Source of the DNA: Lingula anatina
Taxonomy: Eukaryota > Animalia > Brachiopoda
Assembly: GCA_051362555.1 (NCBI GenBank)
Contig: CM120642.1
Location: 32,488,001 to 32,552,000 of the forward strand
Direction: 5' to 3'
Length of the DNA: 64,000 nucleotides
Part shown: positions 1 to 13,200 of the stretch, piece after piece
How positions within the stretch are numbered: the stretch's first letter is position 1
Layout of the letters: every line of letters starts with the position of its first letter
Notes under the pieces: generated by a model
Databases searched by the model: none
Seen by the model: only the letters and a program-made list of their open reading frames with translations
Told to the model about the DNA's origin: nothing
Position numbers and translations under genes: made by a program

Positions 1-3000
1 AAAACAGGAAGGATTATTCCGAAAAGGGGAAGGTAGGATTTTTGTCTCTAATTAGATTTGAAGAGTTGTAGATTAAATATAGATCTGATTTCTATCTGAA
101 TGCCTGTTGGAAATTTGTTTATCAGAAGGGTTATGTAACTTTAAAGGAGTTGGACTATGTACTGTAACAATAAATTACCAAAATACAGTACACAGTTTTA
201 AACTTGAAAGCACAGCTTAATTTCAAAAATTGTTGCGGTTTGTGAAATTAAAAGAAAATATGTCTCTAGTTTCTTAGAAGTTTCACTTTCAAAACTTGAC
301 CTCTCAAGGTATGAATATATAACTAAAGACCATCAGATTATAAAATTATGATTTCTGAATGAGACACAGCTTATTTCATTCCATGTGCAAATTTTATGCA
401 CAATTTCCCTCAAGATTAAATGCCATCTTATAACATACATTGTTTTTTGCAGTTTATGTGCAGAGATGGTGCCGACTGCGTGGAAATGTCCTGTTTTACT
501 TCAAATCTAAAGAGCCAGTGAGTATTGATATATGGAGGCTTTGAAATAACTGTAATTGTATAGTCTGAATAGCAAACATGTTAATAGAAATCTTTTGTTC
601 TCAAAAAGATATTTATTATAGATATACATTATAGATATTTATCAGAGGCATTATTTCTTATTTAAGTTGCTTTTTTCTTCCTGCAGACATCAGAACCTTA
701 TGGTGCAATTATTCTTGAGAGATGTACAGTTGAACTAGATCTCAAGGAAGAAATGCAGTTCTCTTTCCAAATTGGTAAGTCAGTATAAAAGTGCTCACTT
801 TACACGTTGGTTTATTAGTTTCTTTTGATCAGCCTTCCATCTAATTTACATTTACTAATACTTCCAAGGCAGTTAGAAAATTGCAGCTAATTTGATTTTG
901 AGTTTGACTAAATTGATCATAATGGTAGTGCCAAAGCTATTGAAAATGAATTGACTTTCTGACCTCTTCTAACCAGTGTTAGAAATTAAGGCTGGACCGT
1001 CTGCCCGGGGCAGACAACTTTCAGAACAGGCAGAGAAGTTTTCCCACCCGGCAGGCATTCTGGCCAGCTAATTTCCAAGATGGCTGAGCTTTCAGTCCAG
1101 CAACTTATTTTCCTAAGAGGCAAACACTGCTTCTAACAGTGCCTCTGAAACCTCTTACCCACTACCACCAACCATTCAACTTTTACGTCACAATTTTCTC
1201 TTTTGATGCTCTTTAAGCATTTTGTTTGTTTCTGCATCTCTCTAATATATTTACTTGATGCCTTGTTATTTTTTTCTTGCACAGTGTTTGAGGGTGATGA
1301 CAGAGTCCAGTTTTTTGCTGCCCGTACAGAAGAAGAGCGAGATGCGTGGATTGAAGTCCTCCACATAGCCAGCTATGAGTGTCTCAAGATGCAGTTGGAG
1401 AGTCTCCGTGAGCAGATCAGGAATAAAACTGGGAAGGATCCCATTGATGACCCCGACCCCACAGTACTAGAGGATAACACAGAAACAGGTAGGACAAATC
1501 AGTACTCTTCTTTTGGTTTTAAATTTTTTTCTTAATTGATGAAGAGATGCCCCTGGCACACAGTGAAGTCTACCTTTGATGCATCTGCATCATAAATTAC
1601 AGGGCTCACCCAAGCCAAAAGGCTGTGTGTGGGGACTGTCTATGAAATTGAAAGCTTTTTTTCAAGTGCATCACATATTTTGATTTGGCTTTGTAAAATG
1701 TAATTTAATTTTTTTAAAGCCGGATTTGTAGTTATCTATATTAGAATTTATTTTGACTTAATATTATCTAGCTATTTGCCATTTGGACTTTGACCTCAGT
1801 GAGCCCAATTAATGATGATGGATTTGACAAAACACAAAATTTGAGACAAACATTTATCTATAAGAGGTGCATTTGTGCTACTTTTGTGTATTATTGATTG
1901 ACTGATAGTTTGACCAAATATCTTCATTCATATGGTAAACTAATAATAAGGTTTTGTTTATGGTTAGTTACTACTGAAATACAAAAAGGAAAAAAAAAAA
2001 CACATAGGGACATCATCATCATTGGCAAATTAATGCATATACATGGAAATAAAAAAAACAATGGTGTGTTATACAGAAATGATTAATGTTTGTTTAAAAG
2101 GAAGTCCTATGCTCCTGAATATTTGTATAAATAGCATATATATATATATATATATGGTTAATGGCATAATTTAGAAAGTGAAGAAATCATTCTCATAATC
2201 AGTCTATGAAACCAATTTTTGTCTGAAACAAAGTAAACTGTGAGTTGAATAGGATAGTGTTATTTAAAATCAAACCTACCTTGTTGTTAGCAGATTTTGT
2301 TGCACTTCCTGTCCAAGGTTTTAACCTGACCTTGCTTATATCATATAATTATGTGTGATACATGTGATGATTAATCTGATATGAGTTGATTTGGTGACCA
2401 GTGGAGATTTTCATATCTCATGATTGATAGCCAAACATCTGCATTGTCATATTCTGTGAGAGAAGTAGCCGTTGTCATTTATATTAAATTCCTCATTGAA
2501 ATGTATCGTCATACAGTGTTAAAACTGCTGATCTTTGTGTATAATATAGTGTGAAAAGTTTGAGTGTTTGCTTATAGCTATGTGTATTTTGTTGTTGTCT
2601 TGATATGCACAATATTGACATTCTGTTTGGAGATTGCTTACCTGTATCTACTAAATATACTGGGGAAGTAGCTGTAATTGGTTAGGGAAAAGCATTTTGT
2701 CATTACACTATAATTTATAGCAATTGTGCTGATCTTCAAGGGAGCTTGACAGTCATGGCATGGTAGGTTAACAAAATGAGGGATTCAAAATGTCAGTGAA
2801 GATATATTGATGATAAGAAGAGCAGATAAAAGCAAAGATTGCTTACTTCAGCAGTAAAAAGTGACTGTGAACTGAAAAGAAAGTGATAGGAAGTGACTCA
2901 TCTTATGACCAAGCAGAAGACAGGAAGACATTTTGTCAGGAAACAATCATCCACCACATATTTATGATTTCATCAGGGACTCCAGAAGATGGAGAAATTC

Positions 3001-4214
3001 TACTGTCACAGTGTCGGGGGATGTATAATATGCTGTTCTGAAGTTGGATAGCAAGGCTTGGAACCTGAACTATGATTGTAAACTATATTTAGAAGATAGA
3101 GATAATACAGTGAACAGAAGCCATTGTGCACTCTCACAGAGATGGGTTTGACAGGTTTCTTTGTTGTAAGCTAGCTTTACAGTGTCTAATATGAAGAAAT
3201 AACAAGAAATGGACTAAATAAGGCATAAAACCTGAGTTAATACATGGCTCATACCTATAGAACAGGAGGAAGTTGGAACATGGAATAGAAAATATAGAAG
3301 AAAAAAGCTGAACATTCATTTTAATTCACTGGAACTTGGAAACATAAAAAAAAACTCTGAATGAAGGATATTTACTAATTTTTCTTAAATTTGCCTGGCA
3401 TGAAGAGGAACATATAAAATAGACTGAATGAGGAGAAAATTAAGTATTCAGACTTACTCACAAAATGGGTGAGACTCAGAGTAAGCTGCAGTCAAAGAAA
3501 AAGAAGCCTCAGCATGCCACGTGGAAGAAGTTGAAACCTTGGATGTCAGTGGTGGAAGATGACAGCGAAGACGATTTTGATGATGGCTGTGATGGTACTA
3601 GAATAATTATAGTAGTATTGTTTACAGTACATTTATACAGATATACTAGTATGCATTCTTTTTCCAGAGAAACCATTTTTGGAATTTATTTTAAGTTCCA
3701 AAAGTAGGAAAGGAAATACCCCTAAGACGTTGATGAAGGATGGGTAATTTCTTAAAGTTAATTATTCAGAAGTTGTTTTATTGACGTTTTTGTGTCTTTT
3801 TGTCTTCAGGGGGTGATGCAGGCACTGATGATCCAGCAGTGGAAATCTGCATAAGTAAGTTTTGTTTTTATACTTTTCAAATTGGCAAATCTTCATTTAA
3901 GTGACCAAAGTAGCCTTCTGCGGCTAATAGCAGGTAATTAACTATTGTTTAACGGCTTAAGTGGGCGTCCTAGACATCTAAGCTGCTTAGATTGAGAGCA
4001 ATTTAGGGAGGGACCAGTGGAGATGGACCGATCCTGTTAGATCGATCTAACCAGTCTTAAGGTGCACTTTTGCTACTTTCAGCCTGTTCTGGCCTCCCCA
4101 AGGAGCCCAATGGCAGGACCCCCAACCCATTTGTCAGTATTCACATCATGGCCCCACCAGATCAACAATGGCTGGGACACGCCCATACTGAGGTCGTGGA
4201 GGTAAACCAGGCAT

Positions 4215-4273
<59 letters not shown>

Positions 4274-7200
4274 TTTTTGCAGTCTGTATTCTCTCAGCAG
4301 ACTTTGTAGTTGGGATTTTACACCTTGGGAAACCTTTGTAATCCCTTTTTTGTCCCACTCACTAGTGTGGTCATATTGTGACCCAATTTCAGATAGTTGA
4401 CTTGTTATGTAAAGGGAAAAAAACACTTTCATCATTTTTACTGCCTTGAACTATTTCTGGTAAGTGGAGCAATTTGGACAAGAATGATCCTTTTCTTACT
4501 GATATTATAAATTATGAAGGAGCAAGGTGGGGGAGAATAACTTTTATCGTTAAAGTTAATGATAAGCTAAGGCAACATTTACAGGTGTAGCAGAAAAGAT
4601 TGTGTGCACATTTGCTATCATCAATGTACCCATAATGATAATGATAATGATGACTTTAAGTAAGTAAGACAATAAGGAGCAGAAATGAATTGTTAAAAGA
4701 GCACAGTTAATGTTACATATTTTGATAAACAAAAGTTAGTTTTAAAGATTTCAGGTTAAAACTTTGCTTATCTTACAGAAAGAGTGCAATCCCATATTTC
4801 TGAAGACAGTCAGCTTCAGTGAGTCAAGTGTCCTAAGAAAGTCCACCAGAGTGAAGCTGGTTATCTTTGACTGTAAAGAGCGACTGACTGGCACGGTGAG
4901 TAACTCACTGTAATCAACAGTTCAACAATGTGAATAAAAGAAACATGTTTCTTGGTTTTTTGATCAGTGGATGTAATTTTTTGCTAAGGGACATGAATTT
5001 TTAGTCATATTTTTTTTCATTTAGTATTAGTTTTGTTTATCTTCTGTGATGAGTCAATGATTACTATAAAGAAAGTGATTGTTGTAACAGTTGTGGTTTT
5101 CCACTCAGGAAGTGACAGTCTTAGGTCCTGTGTGAACATTTAATGGTAAAAGTACATACCTTTCGCCATATGATTAATTCAGAAATGCATTACCACCACA
5201 CTGGTCCATATATTTTGTTTCATTTCAGATGTCTCAGATTGGCCAAGTTATTTTCACACTGTCAGATTTAATCACTGCCCCAGATAACAGACTCACACTG
5301 AGACTCAAGTAAGACCACTTTTACTGTTTATATTATGTTTACACCCAGACTACTTCAGACTGTAAACAGGCCTAACATCATAGGAGTAATCAGGTACATG
5401 TCATCAAATGACCACATTACATACAAATGTCATAGTACATTGCAGCCCTCTGTGTAATTTTCCCCATCTCAAAACACAGTATAGGTAAATAATCCATTCT
5501 AAAGTTGTCCTCATCTGAATAGAAGAGATAAAAAAAATCAAAGGAATTCAGTAATGACTAGTGTGATGTAATATGATGTAGTGTTAATGTGATTGGAGTG
5601 GAGTGGAGTATTGTGTAGCAAACTATAGTAAAGTATAGTTTAGTGCAAAGCTGTTGATTCAGAATGATACTGTTGTATTTTGTCAAACTACAACAAAAAT
5701 CTTTGATGTTAATTCCATGTTATTCAGCCAAAGCCATCCATGGTCCCCGTGGTGATAGCTGTCTGTTTACTTATTTCCCAGTATCATACTTAAATAAGCA
5801 GGTCATATACAAAAAAGATAAAGATGGGCTCCAAACACATTCTTCCTTCAGTTAAAATGTTATGGTAGACACGATAAGGTGAATATGTTTAAATCATACT
5901 CAGTCTTTGTTAATGATTCACTTCATTAAGAAGTGGTCATCATGAAAACATAAAAGCCTATCAGGTATGGCTGAAAGACTGATTTTTCTCTTTGTTAAAA
6001 AAAAAACTTAGCTTTGATGACCCCGCAGATGATAATACTTGATTAGTTCCATTAACATAAACTGACCTGTGCAGAAATTTTCATTTAAAAGATGAAACTC
6101 CATATCACTTACCTGTTATGCATGATTGCATTTCAAGGTTTAAACATAAACTTTCTTCTGGAGTTTTAGATTATAACTGCATTTGGTAATGAATTGGCAA
6201 GGCTGGGTCAGGTTTAATGATACAAAATGAATCAGTTTACACATAAAAGGACCAACAAGTGGTTTTTGAACAGGGGTATCTAGGTCTGTGCAGATAATAG
6301 TTTCTATTTGAAGGCATAATGTTGAAGGTCATACCTGATAGGATTATATTACAATACCTGAATGTTGATAGATGTTATGATAAAACCATGGTATAACAGA
6401 TAATTCAGGGATTTGACTGAAAAAGACCACACTTTCATCATTTGACATAAGCCTTGTATCGAAATTAGAATTCATCAATAACATACACCATGGTTTGACA
6501 GAAAAATCATTTTGGCTGTGCTGGCTTCCATATTGTTTCAAAGACTCCTTTCATTGGTATTATAATGGAGCAAGTTCTTTTAATGGAGTGAAATTCCCCC
6601 TCATAGATTTCCTGACTCAGATAATGCATATGCATCTTGGGGCCAGCCGCAATCTGGTGTGATGCTGTAAAATATATATCATATGTAGCAATGTTTAAAT
6701 TTATCTAAAATAAAGTAGAATGTTATCATAGGGCGGAACTTTTGGGAAGTATTTTAACTTTGATTTCCTTCTCTCAAATTCATTTCTCCTGGGTTGTTTA
6801 TTTTTGGCTACATTTTCAATTTTCAAAAATCCTTTTAACACTTACCGACAATTTAGAAGCTTACAGTAATTGATCATATGTTATGAAGCACTATCTGAAA
6901 CTGATAAAGTGAACAGTTACCTCAGATGATTTCACACTAAATTGTATACACAGGGGAGATTTTCAGGCATTCATCAGCATGCTTTAGCATTCTTACGTAA
7001 TTTAGGACATTTTTACTTAATCAGCGTCTGTGCAACAGTTTTTTTGGATACCTTTCTGTTTGGAAATGGAGGGCTATTATCCCAGTGGGAAAAACAGTGC
7101 CTTCTTCGTGTGAGTGTTATCACTTAACATGTCGAGATTGAGAGGCTTTTAATGCTGCCTGCAAGTTTTTAAAGTGTTATTACGTGTTAATTATGTTTAT

Positions 7201-10200
7201 CTAGTTTTTTTAATTGTAGTACCTTACAATAGTAGTATGCATCTTGATTTTACAGTTAAGAAAATGATTTTTGTAAAAAGTTGGATGGGAATTTTAGGTT
7301 TGAATTATGTCAACATAGAGTCATTTTTACAAGGAAATTTATAGCATGTAATTGCAACAGTTTTACTCTTAATTTTACAGAAAAATCTTTTGTAGATAAT
7401 CCAAGAATTCTCGAATTATCTACTGGTGTCTAGAAGCAATTTAATATGTCAAATGTAATTAAGATAATTGCATTTATCATACTCTCATTATTTCCTATTA
7501 TCAACTTAAAGTTAGATATTCAACCGTGTCTCTGTATTTCAGTTCATCAGACTTCAGTGAGGGAGGCACAGTCACTGTGATGTCATGGGAAAATGATGAG
7601 TATGCCGCCAGGAACAGTCGGATGACAACAGGGTCTTTAGAAGAGGTGGGTGTATTAACAAAGTGTTGTTTGTTCTTCATTAAATTATAATTTAAGTACT
7701 AGGAATATGATGGGTGATAAATCAAAGATCTCATTTTAATAGAATGGTGAGATCATTGCCTGTAAAGTGCAGATGTTAGTTCGAGGAGATACAAATAGTA
7801 ATTCACCTGACTTGGATTCGGACGGAAACTGCATTATTTCCTGATTAGACATGGAATAGATTCCCCACGGGGATTAGGCAACAAGCATTTAAGTGGGTTG
7901 GCCACATTTGATCCTCAGATTTGTTAGTCTGCTGTTCTGAATGTGCTCTGTGACTGCTTTCCAAGACCAATTAAATATGCAAATTGCCTCAATAACTGGC
8001 CTTTGATTTTTAACCATTTTTTTTTTTTATCTTAACAGACAATATGAATTTTAAAGTATAGAGATCACATGCCCCTGTTTTGATGCAACTTATCAAAATT
8101 TTAGTTATAAATTAATACACTTGATACAATTGTGGCTGTACTAGCTATCAATAGTTGATATAAAAACTGTTCTGATCTGTTATCAGTGAGATATTTTAGA
8201 CTTGTCTGTGTTACAGTTGTTGAAGTTGATGCTAACACTATGTCAGTGCATGAAAGCTGCCATCTTCTTTGCAGTTTGGCTATATGGTCTTATGTGTATT
8301 ATATACCTTTAATTATGCTACAACAAGCATGACAAACTATAGACATTGTCTTTTTAAAGACATCTAAAAAAATATATTGAAAATATATCAAAATTTTGAA
8401 ATATATATCAGAGTTATTCTGCGACTAATATTATGAGATGATGTTTGACTTGTTCTTGAAATGACAAAGAGGTTGATCTGTAAAACTGATTTTTTCAGCA
8501 TATGTATGATTAGATATATGGTATAAACTGCACAACATAAAATAATAAGATTGATGATGATGGGATATTTTAAATGTTGAAAATAGAGGGCTGTCTAAAT
8601 GAGTGGCAGTGCAGAGAAAAAACAATAGCTTAAATGGTAAATGACACAAATCATGGGAAATAAATAATAACTGTATTTTTCATCAACAGTAATGATATTG
8701 AAGATGATTTTTTACAGGAGAGCAGTAGTGACCAAGACGGGCCTGTACGTCCTCGAAGAAAAAGCAGTAAAACCAAGTGTCGAGATATGCTCAAGCCTTT
8801 CTATAACAACATCATGACAAAAACCTTCAGGTTCCCCACCAGTGATGGGTCTATGATTAGCGTGCATGAGTACATGGGGGAGAGCAAGCTTTGTTTTTAC
8901 TTCCCACAGTTACTGCTGTGAGTATCATTTTAAGTAAATTATTATCCAAACTTTCTTGAAGTCACCTTCAGTGTTCACCTGTCTTTCAAGAAGATTATAT
9001 TTACTGTGTTGACTGTCAAATTAAAAAATGTTCATTTCCAACCAAGAAGCTTTATTTAAATTAATTTTTTCGCAATAAAAATTATCATCAGTTTAAGTCA
9101 GTGAGATATTATTCACATCATGACACTGTATGAAATATCTGTCAATAGATGATTTGTGATAAGGACAGAAAATTAAAAAGTGGTGTCACCATCTCTAAAT
9201 TTGCAAGGGTATTTCCTATATAAAGTATGGGTTAATGGATACATTTATACATTATCTGTAAAGTTACAGTTTTGGATTTTGCAACTGCAATTTCTCCTTT
9301 CAGCAAAGAGTGGATAACAGAAGAGAGGGCAAGGATAGAGCAGCTGCAGGACTTGGGAGAGGTGTGTAAGAAATGACAACAGATATCTAGACAGATATTT
9401 CCAGAATGCAATCATGCCTGATTCTGTACCCCCCTCCCCCCCACCCCATCTCTTCATTCACACAAAGGAGAAAAGCTGAGCTGAGGCACATCAGTTTATA
9501 GTAAAACTGCCCAAATCACACCATATCTTTTGCAGGACAAAAGCCCCTACCCCAGCATCTTGGTATTGCTCAAACTCTGTGAGGTATCACTTCTCAAGTC
9601 TGTTAGTCTATTTACGTATGGTCTTAAACCACATAAAGATGAGAGATGACAACACGTTATTTCATACAATGCTTATAAAAAATTGTCCGTAAATTTTAAG
9701 ACATTTGCTGTTTTATTTTCTGTAATATTCTTTGATATGAGTATTAGTATTTCAATTTTCTTTTTGCTTCTTTTCAGTATAAATTATGCTTATTCTCCAG
9801 GTTAAGTTATTTTTTTCTTCGGCAGCCAGAGTCCATAGAAGCTGTTTATATATATTCTGATTACTGAAACATTTGGCTAGGAAACATGCCTGTACTTTTA
9901 TAACTTTCAGCCCACTGTGCAAGAAGACCTTATCGTACAGGGTATATATAAAGTCTTATAGTTTTTTCAATCATATAAAAATACTTCATTTTCTTTACCT
10001 GATGCTGTAGAAAGGACACCATTTGAAAAAAAAAAAACAAAGAAATTGGTCATGATTTTACATTAACTTCTGGAGTTTGAATGATATATAATTGTGTTTA
10101 CAACTATATATAAATACATTTTTATGCCCATACCAAGAGCACAATTCATCCCTGTAGCACTTTAGTTTTAAAACTATTTCAAAAGCTTTTGTTATTCCTC

Positions 10201-13200
10201 TTGCATGTTGTGGTAGGCATACTCATGTTGACAGAAATAGGGCACATCCCAGGGTAGATGTAATTTTTTTCCCATCCCAAGTTGGGTATAGAGAAGAAAT
10301 AGGTTTAACTTTGTGAGTTGGTGTATCAAAGCTCTCATCAGAGCAGAATTAGACCCCATTCCCATACCTAGATCAATCTAGCAGGATCGCCTCATCTCTG
10401 AGGGGTTTCTTGCTTATTTGCTCTTAGCTAAAGCAGCTTAGATGTCTGGCATGCCTACTGAAGCTGCTAAATGATAATTAATTACCCTCTTACAGCTTCA
10501 GTAGGCATGCCAAACATCAGAGCCTAAGCTAAAAGCAATTTAGCAAGAAACCCCTCGGAGATGGGTCGATCCTGCTAGATTGATCTAGGTATGGGAATAG
10601 AGTCTTACATAGTATTAGTTTGGTGGTGAAAGCTTAATCTTCCTATAGAGACAAATGCTATGGATTGTTGGGTTGCTAATAATATAGCTCACAAATTAGC
10701 AAGATTTATTGTTTCCTATGGCATTTACAACAGAAGTCATCTGAAAACAAAGAAAATGATAGTTCAGACTTGTAACGAAAAAAGAAAGTAATAATAATAC
10801 CTAACATTGACTGTAAAGTTGAATGGCAACCTGGCTACAGTTTCAAAATGGCACCAAATAGAACACTTCTCTATCAGGACTATTTTGTTTCTGTCAATGT
10901 GAATGTGCCTTAGTTATTCCTGTGGTCTTCTGTTGTTTTCTTAGCTAAAGGGGAGATGGGAGCAGTTGAAGATGGACCTGCAGATCTTCCATGTGGACAT
11001 ACTAGATGTGTATACACAGTGCCTTAGAGAGTATGAGGAGATGGAAGGTGCTTGGAGTCTGGGCAATGTGGTGGCTATAGATAACTTAACATGTAGTGGT
11101 TTTAATATGTTCTCTTGGTGGTAGTGTAGACGTACAACAGTCATGAACAAACTGGTCGGCCATATTGGTGGTGGTTGAAATGTGCAGATTGTTCTACGGA
11201 AGTCCTGTTAAAACACAGTTTGGATGCAAGTTTAAACTGCAGAATCATTCAGTGATGTTTGAGGCAAGTCTTGTCATTTCAAAAATCCTTGTACATAAAA
11301 AACCAACAACAATATTCAGCCAGTCTCAAATAAGAAAATATGCACTCACGCTGAGGAGGTGTTCCTTCCTGAAAAATTGTATGCAATGTGTTTGATTACT
11401 ATCCTCTACCAGTGCCACAGATTGACTTTTCACTAAATATTCACAGCTCTATCTCTAGCTAATTCATGACATCATTCTCTACACTGTATGGAAAAGTGCA
11501 CATAATTAACCAGAGCCGTGTGGGATTCTGTGAATATGTAGTGAAAAATAGATCTTTGGAGCTGGTAGAAAGTGACTGAATAGCCAGTTTGTTCATGATT
11601 GAGTGTCTTTTGGGTGCTGTTGTTCTCTATGTAAGCTGGTCATGTCTGTACATCCCTTATGTAAACTGCTGTGTACCATTTTCCTAAACCAAGCTGTATC
11701 GTATTTGTTATATTACCGCCCATTAGGACTACAGCTAGCTAATTTCTTTGGTTACATTTCTAGTCATGTTGTGCCAGCTTAACTCAAGTATTCACTGTCC
11801 CAGCAGACATTGTGAATATGATTTTTAACGTGTTTATTATTATAATAATTCTGTTGTCTTACCTTCAAGCATTTTAATGGAGGTGAGCAGTACATCATTT
11901 CTTTGGTCTCCAGTGGTTAAATTATTTATCAGTACAGAGCTTGCTGGGCTAGTGTGTACTAAGATAAGTGGTCACAACTCAGCTGGAAATACAACCTTTA
12001 ATACCATTTGGATTTGAAACAAATATTTTCAACTTAAACTTGTTTCTCTATGAAAAAAAATTGGCCCAACTTTGTGGTGGTAAATTCCTATCAGTTAAAG
12101 TTAGAAGAGAGGGATTTACACTTTATAGAAACAAGCTTTGACATTATTAATAGGTTTGTTCCTTTCCCTGCAAAACAGTTGTTGTTTGTATAGTATGACA
12201 TACTATACACAGAATATAGTATAACAGTGTGTCCTATGGCCCTATGGATGAGTTTATGTCAGTCAATCAATGCCTGGATATTTTAGTACCTTGATTCCAG
12301 GTAGAAATCATAAAGACATGAAAGCATCATTGTAGTTGTCAGGTGTAGAAGTTCATGCAACCTCTTTTAGTGATTTTGGTTGACTTTGTTTGCAAGTTTT
12401 GTTAAGCCCCCATCCCCTACCCTCTCTCTCTCTGACAACTTTTATTTTGCTGTTATTTGTTATTTATTAATTGCCTTATTTTGTTTTCTTTTCTTATCTT
12501 CATTTTAGAATTTGAAGAGACTGTATAAATCCTCTAACAACATGCACTTGTTACTTTCTGTTTTGTTTTTAGATTTGATTTCATTCTTATCATATAACTA
12601 ATTTGTGTGTCAAGCTTATCTTGTGTGTCCCTCCTATTGTAGCTCCCCCTGGTATCATGAAATGCTTATGATAGGTGCTGCCCCCTGGTTTCAGCATCAT
12701 GTAGCTTAGCGATAGGAATACCTGCTCTGTTACAAGCATCCTTTAGCCGTGTCTTTCTGCTCTTAAGCTTGTAGATATATGGCACCAAATGCGGCGAGAG
12801 TTGCTGGATGCCTTCCACAAAATGGTCGCTAAGTACACAGAAAGTTGCAAATATCTGTCTCAGGAGTTTCAAGGTTTGCGACATGCAATACTGTCACTTA
12901 TGAATACTAAAATGGCGCTTGCTTAACTTTATAATGTTTCACTGGTGATTATGACAGTAATATATTAATTGTTATATCGAACTTAACTCTCTGTAATCAC
13001 TGTCTGATACTAGTACATCTAAGACAGACACTTGATAAATTTCTCTTTGTGTCATACTATTACATTAAACTACTTATATAGTTTTTAAGGAAATGTTAAC
13101 CCATTGTTTAAGTATGCTAGATGTATATGAATAGTTTTTCTGACTTTTTCCAAAATTTTAACGAGTTTATGATGATGCAATGCAGAAAGTTAATTACCCA

